Shown here piece after piece: positions 9,597 through 23,500 of a stretch of 64,000 bases of DNA. A program made the position numbers and the translations under genes. The notes below the pieces were generated by a model. It was not told the DNA's origin and did not search any database. It worked only from the letters and a program-made list of their open reading frames with translations. This DNA is from Octopus sinensis (taxonomy: Eukaryota). Within the stretch, counting starts at the first letter, position 1. The number at the start of each line of letters is the position of its first letter. The stretch lies in assembly GCF_006345805.1 (NCBI RefSeq), contig NC_043000.1:61938001-62002000 (forward strand), given 5' to 3'.

Positions 9597-11652
9597 TAGA
9601 GACCCTTCCCTAGCCTGCTCTAGACTTAACTATTTGCTAAATCTATTAGACTCAAGTCGAATGGCTCTTTTGATGGCAACCCACCACCGGTTATTCAACA
9701 CGATACCGGTGTTGCCCTCTTGACTAACCTCCTTAATCTGGTTACGGTATGTTTCGCAAGACAATACCGTTTTGTTTGTCTTTTGCTTGCGGGTTCTTGT
9801 TTTTTATAACTATCCAGAAGATAGACATATCATTGAGAACAATAGATTTAGTTGATGATCTTGTTATCTACATTCTAGCTTTTGGTGAAGTAGAAGAGCC
9901 TAGAAGGGTCAAGTGTGAAGACATTATTTCGGCCTAGCTAAGGTATCTGGAAAATGTAAAACTGGTGTTACAGAAAACTATTATAGATCTATATATATAT
10001 ATATATATACCATCTAAGAATCCATAGGTCAGGAAAAATTACGCTCGTATATCTGTCAATAGAGTGAGTAAATTAATTGAAATGTACATTATTTTATATC
10101 CCTTAAGCCGATCTTAGCAATCGGTTTCGCACACCAACCACAGACCGTAGGTGTCTGTTTACCTCCAACAATGGAAACAGTCGCCATATTTCATTCCATA
10201 ACTTCCACGCCAGAGTTACATAATCGGACTGTTACCTAACACTCTATTGAATGTCTAGTACGATTGTTACGATCGGCCGTGCTGATATAATACTGTACAC
10301 TTCGATAAATATATATATATTATATATATATATATATGCGTGTGTTTTTCTGCTTTTGTTTGTCCCCACACCGCCGATTGACAGCTGATGTTGGTGTGTT
10401 ACTCGTCCGTAAATTAGCGGTTTGGCACAAAAGAGAACAATAGAATCGATACCAGTCTTTACTAAACATAATAAGAGTGGAGTCGATTCATTCGACTAAA
10501 AATATTCTTCATGCAGAATCCCGGCATGGCCGCAGTCTAATGACTGAAACAACAATAAGAAAGGAAAAAAAGAGTGTAAGTTTAAATGCGGAACGTTGAC
10601 ATACGCATTGTCAGCATGATATATACAAAGTTATATGCTATATAGGCTATGATATAACATAGACTATGATATAACATATAGGCTATAATGTAACATATAA
10701 CATATGGACTATGGTATAAAATATGATATAAGACTATGATATAACATATGATATAGACTATGATATAACAGTCTTACCAAATTCTAATTGGAGATGTCTG
10801 TCGGATCTCATAGAGTTAGTCAACCTAATTATCTCGGAAACCTGTACTAATTCATTTTATCGTACACTTAACCTAGTTTCCAACCAGACATCAACCGTTA
10901 ACTATTATATTTCAAATTTGACAAGTTTTAGTTCGCTGCGATGGCCGAGTGTTAAGGCGTTGGACTCGAATCCAATGGGATATTCCCGCACAGGTCGAAT
11001 CCTGTTCGCAGCGTTACGATTTTTTTTATTATGGGGTTTTAAGTGTCAGTGTTTTTTTTTCTTTATTTTTTCTACAGATATGTCTACGATACCATTCGGT
11101 TCATTTTGAATGCATGAGGTAATCTAGAACTTGCTTTCACAATTCTGTCAGCACTTCGTATCTTTATATGCTTCAGTCGTTGAACTGGCCATGCTAGGCG
11201 CCATCTGAAGGTTTTTAGTCGAACTTTTAGACCAGAGTACTTTTTTTATGTATGCTCGTATCTGTCGGTCTCTTTTACCGAACTGTTTAATTACGGAGAC
11301 GTAAGCAAGACAACACCGATTGTCAAACGGTTGAAAGGGACACACACACACACATACATACATGCATAGAATTATTATTTATACTAACAATAATTGGAGC
11401 ACTTAGTTTTGTAAGTAAATAACCTAACTGTCAATGTGGATAAGCTAGGATTTCAGAAAAGAAATCAACCACTGACTCGCACATTACAAATACAATCTGT
11501 AGTAAGCGGAACAGTAAAACAAGGCAAGACTCTTTCTCAAGCTTAAAATGTGACATGGTTTTCATTATCTACATTCCAACGATGGAGCTTTGTATCTTTG
11601 TCAGAAAATAGCTCCTTCAATAATTAAAAACAGAAGAGAAACATACATACAT
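9596..11652 (+). repeat. Copy 2 of the ~2.1 kb direct duplication
   Basis: Collinear with 1226-3308; followed by pure (ATGT)n. Confidence 0.95.
10935..11013 (+). pseudogene. tRNA-Ser(CGA) duplicate with three 1-nt deletions (pseudogene or consensus error)
   Basis: Same as 2590-2671 except GG>G in the A box, AAA>AA in the anticodon loop and TT>T in the B box (79 nt). Confidence 0.8.
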
Positions 11653-11718
11653 GTATGTATGTATGTATGTATGTATGTATGTATGTATGTATGTATGTAT
11701 GTATGTATGTATGTATGT

Positions 11719-11887
11719 ACACCACAGGCTTCCACGCAGTTTTTGTTCACATATTCACTCCCAAACAATTAGTCGTTTCGGGGGCAATAGGAAAAAGAAT
11801 ACTTGCCCAAGGTGCTACACAGATGGACTGAACCCGAAAGCACATGGTTACGGAGTGAATTTCTTAACCACACAGTCATGTCTGCAC
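11719..11887 (-). mobile_element. SINE 5' part with tRNA-like head
   Basis: Reverse complement resembles 42006-42170 (GTGTGGTTAAG...GGTTCAGTCC...CCTTGGGCAAGT). Confidence 0.75.
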
Positions 11888-12129
11888 TTATAAACCTACT
11901 TTTCTATGATGTTGATTATTTATATCCCTATTAAGCTCTATCAATAAGACCACCCTTATAAAACCTTTGTAAATGAGACAACGATGAAATCTCTTTATTA
12001 AAACGTATACATAAATTAATGATGGATTATCTTTATAAAACAACTAGCAGAATTGCCCGGCGTTGCTCGGGGCTGAATTGCTTGAAAGTACTGTTAATGA
12101 TTGCACTGAATTATGATGATTATTCAGGC

Positions 12130-12560
12130 AAATATTGATATAAGTTTACGGTGGGAGATAAGGACTTAACGATCAAACGTGTGCCATTGCATTGTTTTGG
12201 GGAAACCAAATTTCTGATGGGGCACCAAGTTTAAGTTTGAGAAAGTTGGTCGTAGTCCGGGGTGCTCAAAGGAATTGAGTACCTTTATTGGATAGTTGAT
12301 GACGTCCTCTGGTCAGGAGTTGTATCGATAGACTGATATACATAGACTTCCCCCCAGGAATGAGTTTTAGCATTTCATCATTAATATGGTGAACATTTTA
12401 GTCCTCGGGCCAGTATAGCTTTTTGCCAATCCAATCCATATTCTGATAATTAGCTTGTAGATCTGGAACACTGCATCTCTGAGATCAGAAGGCGTCTTAA
12501 CAATGGTACAAATGGATCGATGGCAATATTACCATTTTCATCCCTGGTATTTTGCCTTCG
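12130..12560 (-). pseudogene. Helitron PIF1-type helicase remnant
   Basis: Frameshifted translation VLNSFEHPGL...LKLKLGAP...KQCNGTRLIVKSLSPTV matches the recalled helicase motif FLNSLxPxGLPPHxLxLKxGAPxMLLRNL...LCNGTRLxV. Confidence 0.8.
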
Positions 12561-12870
12561 CCAAGTGCAAGGAGGGTGTGAGGAAATGCTGCTGATGTGA
12601 TATTACGTCGCTATGAGCACGCATATTGGGTGAAGTTTGAGAGTTACTTCCCTTTTTTTAAAAAAATGCATTAAAATGGAAAAAAATGATGGGTAAATTA
12701 TTTGTAAAATCATAGACTCATCTCGTAGACGCGCGCTAATACCCAGAAGGGCTCGATATGAATCACGACTATAAGATACCCGTTTTTGGTTAAACTGCAT
12801 CGCAAAATGTGGGAGTAGTTAGGAATCTAAATCGGAGTAGACAGACACACAACTTTCTTTTATATATAAA

Positions 12871-13386
12871 TATTTTTCGTCCTAAAAACTTTGTAGGGAT
12901 TGAATGGTTACCTCTATGGAAATATAAACACGCACATTATCATACATGTGTGTATAGATGAATAAATAAATACATTTAATATCTATATACACTTTGGGCG
13001 ATCTTTCTGTTTCTTAGAGATAACTTTAGATCTTATTTTCGTCCTAAAAAACTTTGTATCGAGTGAATGGTTACCTCTATGGAAATATATACACACACGT
13101 TATACATACATGTGTGCATAGATGAATATATAAATACATTTATATATCTATATACACTTTTGGGCGATCTTTGTGCTACTTAGAAATAACTTTAGATCTT
13201 ATATTCGTCCTAAAAAACTTTGTATGGAGTGAAAGGTTACCTCTATAGAAATATATACACACACATTATACATACATCTGTGTATAGATGAATATATAAA
13301 TACATTTAAATATCTATATACACTTTTGGGCAATCTTTCTGCTACTTTGATATACTTTAGGTCTTATATTCATCCTAAAAAACTTT
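12871..13386. repeat. ~165-bp tandem repeat, about 3.1 copies
   Basis: gtcctaaaaa(a)ctttg recurs at 12879, 13041, 13207 and 13372 (periods 162, 166, 165). Confidence 0.93.
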
Positions 13387-14089
13387 CCTGTCACACACTC
13401 ACGCACACGCACACACACACACACACACGCACCCTCGCACACACACACACACGCACACACACACGCGCACACACACACACACACGTTAGCTTACAATTTT
13501 ATTTATATGTTTGCGTGTCTATGTGTGTAAAGAGGAAGTGGGAATGCAGAGTGAAAGAGTCACTCACTACAAAAAGTGAATTACTTTCACTTTAATCGTT
13601 GCACACTGTGTGTGTGCGTGTGCGTGTGCTGTAGCCCACACTAAGAAAAGCATTTGACTTATACACCACAATGTGAGTTTTCTCTAAATTTTGCTTAATT
13701 GGGGTTGAAATTTTAAAAACTGGACCTGGCACGACCCGATCTATTCTACTCTTAAAAATGCTAGGTAAATTGTAATTGAAGAAATCCTATATTGTAGATT
13801 TGTATAAGAGACGAAGGGAGGCAGATAAAATCTGCCTTTTATAATAAGAGATATATGCTATTATTCAAATTTCATTTCAAAACATCTTGCTAATAGAATA
13901 GAATCAGTTTCTAACCTAGATCCAAGCATCCTTCATTGGAATTTCCAAAGCATTAGCAGGATATTTGTGTATATATGTATATATGTATGGGTGTATAGTA
14001 TTTGTGGTCTGTGCACGTGCAGATTTGTACATTTTATTTTGTGCATGTATACTTATGAATAAAGTTGTATTTGTAGACATGCTCATATA

Positions 14090-14520
14090 TACTAAAGTAC
14101 TAAACTTTTGCAAAATTTACAATTTTTTACAGGGACATTGATTACTTCAATCTGTGGTGTTCGTATCAGCTTTCTCCTTTCTGGTTTTGGGAAGTGTAAT
14201 TTCTCACGATTGGTACTTAGGCAGTTTGTTACATGTCCCAATGCTCCAATAATTACGCGCATAAACTTCAACTTGTTATCCTGGTAGAGTAACAATAAAT
14301 TTTTGTGACTATAATACATGCATAGATGCTCTGTACTTTAATTATCCTTCAATGTGACTTGGTGTTTGCATTCCTATAACGAATCCTGTCGAATAAGTAT
14401 AGCATCAATTACTTTCTTATGAATTTTTGTGTAACATATTTATTATTTTCACTTATACTGACAGTTAATTTCCTTTGATATTCAGATAGTTTTCTCATTT
14501 GACAATTATGGCGCTTCATT
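14090..14520 (-). pseudogene. REL-type non-LTR retrotransposon C-terminal remnant
   Basis: LLYQDNKLKFMRVIIGALGHVTNCL...KLIRTPQIEVINVPVKNCK; parallels 3029-3212. Confidence 0.6.
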
Positions 14521-17500
14521 ATCTTATTGATAGTACTTAAGGCTAGATTTGTCTCATTTAAAAGCCGAAAAGATCTAAATAATTCCGGGGGATTTTACAT
14601 CTGTCGTCAAAATCAAAGATATACGGTTTCAAATTAATATGTAGTAACATGAACACTCTGTTATATCTAAAAAAATATATATTAGAGAAAGAAAATTCTA
14701 ATATTCGATTTTTTCAGTTGTCAATATCAATGTAAAAGACTAGTTATATTGAAATTATATATATTTTAAAATAATTTTATAATAGAATATTTCCATTACA
14801 TTTCTGAATGTTTTAAATTCATCCCTATTCTTCTATTCCTCTATGGTATCGATTCAAGCTTATCATTAATGTTCCTAAAATAATTTTGAGATCATGCCAT
14901 TTTATCGAAACATACAAGCGCATTTTGATGTACATATATCATTTAGAAACCTTATCATTAGTAGTGATCAATATCATAGCTTTAAGTATTGCACAAGGTA
15001 ATTCAAGGGAAAAATATGGACATATTTCTAACAATCTCACATCTTTTTCTTTTATTTTACTTATTTCTTTTTACTTCGTCCTAAATATCGAATCAATACA
15101 ACATCAATATTCTAATGGTATTAATGAAATAGTTTTATATTTTTTTATTGGTTTAAATAAAAGGTATATTGTATGCTTTCATAACTTCGAAATTCATTGA
15201 ACATAAAGTATTTGATTATATTGCTAGAAATGCTTCTACTTATTCACTAAATGTATATCAATGACTCATTAGATTCTATATTTTTAACATATTTCCTTTA
15301 ATGTACAAATAATCGAATTGAAATAAGCAAAAAATGTAATCGTTGGATTATAGATTAACTTACCGAACTAATATAATTATCTCATAAGTTTTGATTTGGT
15401 GAAATGACATCACTTTAGCTTAAAGGTATTACATTTTATGACTAGTTAACAAAAATTCAGTGATACATCATCAAAATAGCGAACTGCAATGAACATTGGA
15501 ATTATTTGACAAGCAACTGACATATAAAAAATGCCTATTAATGCTCTCATCTTTCAATTTACAGTATCGCAAATAGCATAGCCTTCCGAACATAGAGTCG
15601 AGTGAAATAAAATATTCAGTATGAATCCCCTTTTGTTTTCCAATAGTAAATAAACGCTGTCATCCATTGTTAGGCATGGAAAAAAAAAAATCAATTCTGG
15701 TTATTATTTTTCTTTATGAAAAATACAATAGAAATGCTTTTTTCAGATATCACTCATACATGCGTCTTTATATACTTTCAGCTACAGAAGGAAAAAATAA
15801 AATGGTAACGATTATCATAAATCGCATGTTGCAATCAGTAACATAACTACATTAATATGTATAATGTTAGATTAAAAGAAGTATGACATAATTAAACTTA
15901 TATACGATCACGCTCATAACCTGCTAGAAATAGCTACCAATTCTTCCACAAATCACATTTTTTACTCTTGAAAAAGGTAAAAAGAAATACTGTATTAAAC
16001 ACGTCGCGGTACACTATACAAAAATATAAGAGGTGGTGGCTCAAGTTCCTTATTCAGATCAACGTCTACACATATATTCATTGATAAACCCACATTATTT
16101 TTTTTTTCGCGGATTCGTCACTTTGACTAACAATAGAAGCATATCTACCATTAAAAACATTTTCACCTTTTCTCTCTCCTTAATACGATCTATATGATGA
16201 GTACACTTTACAACAAATATCCGTTAGATATTGCAAAAGTAGTCATAATATTTATAATTGTAGTTTTGTCTGCTGTCGTGGCGTTACCACTAGCTACTGT
16301 AGGAAATGGAAATAATCTGTTGACGACCTTGTATCTTAGGATTATATGATAAAAGCTGGTTGTTAAATTGATAAACTAATGTTTCTCATCATATTTAGAA
16401 ACAAGAAAACTACAGGTAATTAAATGAGTCAAAGAGAGATCTTTTACGCAGCAGATTTGTTTTTTTACAAAACAGAAAAACAAATAGAAAGACACATTTA
16501 ATACTCTATATATGGGTTGGTCCTGGTTGTAATACTTAGTTTATACTTTTGTTCAATAATCACGCTAGTTGGGGTCAGCATGAACAGTTAATTAAGATGG
16601 TATGCGTCTAACTCAAACTATAAATGCTACCGTGTTTTGTCTACAGACTATTCAATAATCTTCAGCTTATTTTGAAAACATAGATGTTATGTAATAATGC
16701 ATATATTCTGTGTGATGAACGCTTTCTGGAGCATTCACGATTAGTGGAAGTAAAGGAAAGAAAGAAATTGCGACTCAAGGAAAGCTATTGTAGGAAACAA
16801 AGAGAGGCGATTTGGTGTTAACTTTTGCAACAGTATGGATTCTTGAAAAAGCACTCAAGTGTGTGGTAGTGGTGCTAAAGGAATGAGCTCCACATTTAAA
16901 TGGGGTGTCTTCCAAACGGATCCTACTTGCTCAATTTTATTTAAACGGTTTCGACCGATATCTGTAGAGTAGAAAATACATACCTAAGGTTATGCACAGT
17001 TGGTTTAAAATCCTTACCCACATGATTGCCAGACTAACATCCCTAACCACTCGAATATGTTACTTCATAAAATGTATGCATAACGTCTGTGGAATTGCAA
17101 CATACGTATGATCTTACTGGGAGTTGATCTGAAACAGACAACAGACAAATCTTCCCGCTTCATTTGACTTCATTGATTTATATTTTATCCGTTAACATGA
17201 TTGTTACATTTCTTTCAAGATTTGACTTACCTTAAGACTTTTCTTGCAAACACAGTTAATCTTGAAAAAGAAAATATTACACGAATATAAGTATTATGCA
17301 TTCTGACAAGGAAGCTATATTCCAAAGTAAAGTAACAAAAAAGAAAGCACAAATATTTAGCTTTATAGAGTCTTAAATCCTTAGAACACTACACATTGTA
17401 ACTTACACATTTACCTTATTCCAGCAGAGTTGCTTGGTTTTCGTTCCTTCTGGGGAGAATATATATAATAATGATCTAATAAATTTCTCTCGTACATTTT

Positions 17501-20166
17501 TTAAAGGGAGTCATCGATATTCAGATAAATCTTCTACACCACGAGCTAAGGGTTAGTTTATGTTTCCCTACTTTAATTACCGGGTTGGTCTTTAAACAGA
17601 TGACCATGCTGTGCCACTGCTTTCAAAGATAACTGGATTCCGCAAACACCACTAGTCATTGTGTTAAATGTTATTTATTTTATTAAGTTCAGGCAAACTG
17701 GATATGGGTAAGACTCAGAAAATAAAGATATCTAGCTAAATACGACGAGAACTTTCGACCAATGCACTATCGATTCTGCCCACCATTAAACAGCATTCAT
17801 AAAATCATTAAAAGGATACGAAGAGAAACGTATATTTTCGTTTTTCTACTAATTTCACTGACTTTACTGTCTTTGAATCAGTTTAATGGCTAATATTTTC
17901 CCACTTATTCTCTGCTTATAGAGTGTGTCTTCTCTCATGTTTGTGAAGTTGTGTTCATGCTCAATACAATATCCACATACCACATACGAAGAGAACTATA
18001 ATGATTATTAAATAAATATGAATTATTGGTCACTATATAAAAGTAGGATATTTCTAATTAAATTTCTTTTTATATAATCTTAATTATTCCTTATGTTAAA
18101 TTGGTTTCCTCTTAGTTACATACTTGTTATATTAGCAGACAATAACAATCATTAGCAAAATATAAAAAAAAAGACCATGATTCAGAAATGCACGAGATAT
18201 CATTACATAAATACTTTTACTTTTGTATTTATACTTGTGCATTGCTACCAGTGTATGTCACACTGCATTGATAAAAAAGTTTGTATTTAAGTAAACAGCA
18301 GATAACGGTATAAAGAAATATAAAACTGAAAATGAATAAATTAAAGTATTGTTACTTTCCAAGTAAATTACACTTGAAAAGTCATTGAAGATAAAAAGTA
18401 GTCTGCTATGGGGAAATTACTTTTGAGTAAAAAAAATAAATCTTCTGTAGCCTAATATCGAAAATCAATTTTAAACTTAGCAAAATGAAATGTGCTTTTT
18501 GACATAAAAAGTATGGTTTACTTTAAAAATAAAAATCTAAAGATGTACTTGCCCGTAGCTTTGTGTGCTTTAATGTATTCTCTTTCTTTGTATGGATATT
18601 TTGGCTCATACAGCAGGATGAATGGCTTTTAGAGTAATGTATTAAAAAGGCTATCCAGAAATATTCAAAGCAATATCTAAACATAAGATTAGAACATTTC
18701 GTATGCAAAGAGATTTTGGGGAATATAAGGATTATAATGAATGCAAATATACTATCATCAATCTCATTCAGCTACTGATGTCGATATCTGTGGCAAATGC
18801 GTACACAACAAGCTGTCACTACTATGAATATTCTAAATTTAAATTTTTAAGTTTATGTATTCGTTACACCAGACCTTAAAGACTAGCTGAAATGTATAAT
18901 GTTACAAACACTGTCTCTCTTCCATTATTTATATTAGACCGAAATTGTAATTAATGACTTCCATTTTATATAATTTTAGCGTTAGAAAATATAGTTAATA
19001 TTTTCACTCATCGGTTTTATTTTTGAATTATTGTAGGAAAGAAAGAAAAAAGCGACGAAATAAGTGAAATACTACTTTCCAATAGTAAAATGAATAGTTT
19101 TCGTATACATTAGAAATAAATCTTCCTTTTCTTCAACCGACATAAGTTATCAGTCCATTTCAAATTACATTTCTTCGAGTCATTTCATTTATCCATTCTT
19201 GTATCAAGAGAAGTATAATATTTAACTGTCTATTGATGTTATTTACTGTTGTGGATTTTGGAAGTATAGTGGTTATCGAACAGAATAATATGAAAGTAAA
19301 GATTGCGGCAAGAAAATTCTGTCATTCATATACACAGAATTATGAAGACTAAACAATCCATTGCAGATCTTAAGTAATTTAATCCCCAGAATGGGAAGTG
19401 TTGAGTGCCATCGCAAGTATTAAGAATAAATCTAAATCTGGATTAGAGAACGTCCTTATAAATCTTAGTAGTACATTTCATAGATGACATGAAACAGATA
19501 GGAAAATAAAAATGGGATACCTAGAGGCTCAAGGGAATTATTCCATTCATATTTACATAATATACCACTCGCCAGTTCACACCTCGCTACTTCAGAGTTA
19601 TTCCAGTGTGGGTGTGGATAAAAAAAATTATATTGCTTTTCACAGCGCGCAAATATATTTGCTTCACCTTTCAATATATATTTTCAATGCCAAATTAACT
19701 TATATTAGAGTAAATATAACGTATATTTGAATAAATTTACTATAAAGTTTGCTTAGTTTTCATAAAAGTTTGAAGTGAAATACACGTCCGTGCTATAAAT
19801 ATTAGTATGTGAAATAAGACATCTTTACTTTGAATTTATAAAGATGATCTTTGAAGTAAAATACATTCAAACGTTAAGCCAATTCATTAATGTATATAAA
19901 ATGAGCATATGTAATACATATGTTTTCTGAAAGTAGAAAAATATATACTTCTTTTTTTTCCTATCTACTGCCGGTTTGAAAAATTTAAAAACATCTTTGA
20001 TGAACCTAAATAGAAATCAATTAGTAGGACTCGGAATACATGGCAAATATAAACTACTTCGCTGGTTTTAAAAATCGACACTTGAGTTCACATTGTATTG
20101 CATAACATCGATAGAGGCTCCCTATTTTATCAGTAATACTATTCCCCAAAAATCTGAAAACATATT

Positions 20167-20378
20167 GGTTTAAATTTTGGTACTAGGCCAGCAAGTTCTG
20201 GGCAGGGAATAAGTCAATTACATCGAACCCCAACGCTCTACTGGTATTTGTTTTATCTACCGGAAAGGATGAGAGGCAAAGTTGACCTCAGCGGAATTTG
20301 AACTTAGAACGGAAAGGCGAACGAAAAGCCGCTAAGAATTTGATCCGGTGCGCTAGCGATTCTGCTAGATCACCGGTT
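20167..20378 (-). mobile_element. tRNA-headed SINE, second family
   Basis: Shares ggcaaagtcgacctcggcggaatttgaactcagaac...gctaagcattt with 33610-33744 and 61070-61270. Confidence 0.8.
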
Positions 20379-20755
20379 AACAATGATACATATTTCAGAC
20401 ATATACCAAAAGAGAAGAGATTAAGACTAAATCTGAAAAGCACAAGAATACGATATTGTTAGGAATTGGAGTAAAGATGTATGAACATAAAATCCGATAT
20501 AATGGCTAACTAGCTATTTGAATTTTACTATATTTAAATTAGGTAATTAGCATGATGCTGATGTCAAGTATCGATCGATTTGCATATACTGACAATTTAA
20601 AGCACCCCGGTCCGTCAAATGCAAGAATGTTATGCCGCCGCCTCTCCTATGATGTAGAGACCACTGCAAAAAAGATATGAAGGAATCATGCAAATTTACG
20701 ACTTCTTTGATAGCAGAAAGCATTGTTGCACCTCCACAGGATATATTACAGCTGT

Positions 20756-20801
<46 letters not shown>

Positions 20802-20999
20802 TGTGTGTGTGTGTGTGTGTGTGGTGTGTGTGTGTGTGTGTGTATTTATATATACATACACATACATACATGCATAAACACTCATTTATATGTATGTATA
20901 TAAAAACACTAAGAACACTAAGAATATATAGTGTGGTCTAACAATACTTATGGTTATATATATATATAATCCGAAATGTATAGTATTAAATATCCATCA

Positions 21000-21093
21000 C
21001 GGCTGATCTTACCAATCGGTTTCGCGTAAAGAATACAATGAAGTGGTAGGTAGCAAACATATTATATAACTTTACGCTCATCAGAGTTAGCCG
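21000..21093 (-). ncRNA. Intact type I hammerhead ribozyme with an extended stem II
   Basis: - strand: CGGCTAACT CTGATGA GCGTAAAG [38-nt loop] CTTTACGC GAAA CC GATT GG TA|AGATCAGCCG; perfect 8-bp stem II; predicted cleavage between 21010 and 21009. Confidence 0.88.
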
Positions 21094-21480
21094 ATATAGA
21101 AAGGAATATGGCGACTGCTCTCTATTGTCGGAGGTCGATTAGCACAACCAGTCGGCGGTTACTGTGAAAAAGTTGATTGAACCAAAAAGGAACCAGGAGA
21201 TTACTTAAGGAGTTATGTCCCTTGGTTGGATATGCTGTGAAGCCGGCAAAAGTTATCTTGAAGTGGGGAAAGAGTGTATTATTAATGTGGTGCTCCGGTG
21301 GAGATGGGGTCTGTTGCATGTGTAGCAGTGTCATATGTATGATTTTTTCTGGTGGTGTAGGTATATATAGCTGTGTTTGTTGGTCTGTCTTCGGTCTGTT
21401 TTTCGTTCCACCACTCTTTTCACAGCAACCGCTCACCAGTAGTTCTAACCACCACCGACAATAGAGAGCAGTCTCCATAT

Positions 21481-21574
21481 CAGCTAACTCTGATGAGCGT
21501 AAAGTTATATTATCGGTTTGTTACCTAACTCTATATTATATTCTTTACACAAAACCGATTGGTAAGATCAACCG
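21481..21574 (+). ncRNA. Inactivated copy of the 21 kb hammerhead
   Basis: Same layout, but CTTTACGC-GAAA reads CTTTACAC-AAAA, losing catalytic G12 by CpG-type G>A changes. Confidence 0.75.
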
Positions 21575-21699
21575 TGATTGATATTTAATACTATACATTT
21601 CGGGTAATATACCCACTCTACTGATAGATATACGATTGCGTCTTTTCCCTGACTTATGGTCTCTGAGACGAATCACGCACGTATATAAGCGCAGTTAGG

Positions 21700-21970
21700 A
21701 CTCTCTTCTAACATAACCTCGGGCCGACCTAAACCTTGTCAGAGGATTTGGTTGAGAGAAACTGAAAGAAGCCCGTCGTATATGTATATATATGCATATA
21801 TATTTATGTGCTTGTGCCATTGTGTCTATTTGTCCCGATAAATAAAGCCGATAGAATAAGTACTAGGTTTACAAACAATAATTCCTGGGGTTGATTTTTT
21901 CGACGAAAACCCTTTAAGGGCGGTGCGCCAGCATGACTGCAATCAACTGGCTGAAACGTTGAAAGAATAA
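21700..21970 (+). mobile_element. 5'-truncated SINE (family of 42006-42390)
   Basis: ctcgggccgacc...gaaactgaaagaagcccgtcgtata and a matching tail. Confidence 0.8.
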
Positions 21971-22651
21971 AGGAATATACTTATGGGGGCGTATATGTGC
22001 ATATGTTGACAGAACCATACCACACACACACACATAACCTCCCCACACATATACAACCCCCTACACATACATGCACATACAACCCACACACAACTGATTG
22101 AGGTCAAGACAGAACATTTGCTAGGAGCGATTATTTTTGCAATCTCCAAATGAATATAATTTCATTGAGCACGTCTGTGATTGATTTAGAAAACATGTGA
22201 TTTGGAGATTTAATTTATCGATTTGTGATGCTAGTACATATATGAGACTTACCACTACATATAGAAGAAAGTTAACTCATATCTCATTATATCAGTTTCA
22301 ATTATCTATTATTCTGTCTCGTATAAATGGACTAACGTATATTTTGTGTGATAGTTTATGTGATATGATACATTACTGGGATATTTTATTCACCATAAAA
22401 GATTTATAGTCAGACGTGTTTCCATGGTGTGCCGTGTGCAAGCCTGCGAAATTTGAAGCTGAAAAGAATACTAGATACTACTCTGTATAATACGCTGCAC
22501 GCTATAGGAGCTCACCCGACTATTGTATCATCAGAGCAAGAAACTTAGAGTAGCACACATTTAAATACTATTTTCATAAATATACGTGTGTATATATGTG
22601 TGTGTGTTCATGTGTCCATGTGTGTGTATATATGTACATACACACACAGAT

Positions 22652-22734
<83 letters not shown>

Positions 22735-23500
22735 ATATGTATGTATGTATATATATATATAAATATGTAAGTATGTAGGGGGATGAGAGATAAGTAATAT
22801 ATTCAACCGACAATAATCTGAATTATCAATCACTTATTATCCCCACTCTCGTCAATATTCACATATTCAGAATTCTACTTCACAACAAAGTACTTTCCAA
22901 TTTGAGAATTCATCTGGAAATAATAAACATTGTAATTTGTTTAAAATGTGCAACGAATATTTTATTTGGAAATTCCTGCGGAGAATCGTAGTGCGTGGGA
23001 AAATGACTTGCAGAATTTTTCACGATTTTACGTTCTAGGTTAGCTTGGCATTCCATCCATCCAGAACCAACAACTGGGATCGATGGTATCAAATAACCCA
23101 TTTTTCTTGAAATATCTAGCTCATTTCTTCGAAGTAACTCGTATTATCAGAATATTTTCATTCGTTTTGAGAAATCGTGGCTAAAGTAAAAAGAAACGAT
23201 AATTTATTTTATATACTCAGCGTAGAGGAATACAAAAACAATTATGTGTTGTATTATGTTTAGATCCGATTCGAAATCGCTGTCAATTTCTATGAATATA
23301 TGATAACATTTCAAAAATCAAACTGATTAGTTTTAAATTATTTATAAAAAATAATATGGTTTATTTTCTGGTAATAAAGCGCTATTCGTTTAATGTGTAC
23401 GGAAACTTAAAATAAATATTAATTAACAACAATGATATGAAGAAAAACTGTATCGTATTACGAAGTATAAACTGTAAATGAGAAATGTAATTTGAAATGT

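Larger units (their letters stand above)
12044..13851 (-). mobile_element. Composite non-autonomous Helitron
   Basis: On the - strand: 5' A|TC at 13851; 3' CCCG-AGCAACGC-CGGG hairpin (12056-12071) then CTAG|T at 12044; PIF1-helicase remnant inside; a second, decayed 5'-like end near 12870. Confidence 0.8.
20971..21690. mobile_element. HHR-bearing PLE-like element with inverted arms (3' ends outward)
   Basis: Arms ~20971-21135 and ~21451-21603 are reverse complements around a ~315 bp spacer; the right tail continues to ~21690 and matches 1658-1720. Confidence 0.8.

Noticed and set aside
12871-13386. Regular repeats as a CRISPR array
   Set aside because: Whole 165-bp units repeat with no unique spacers, in a eukaryotic context.
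22410-22535. CTGATGA and GAAACACGTC on the - strand as a hammerhead
   Set aside because: About 100 nt apart with no closing stem II and no stem I.
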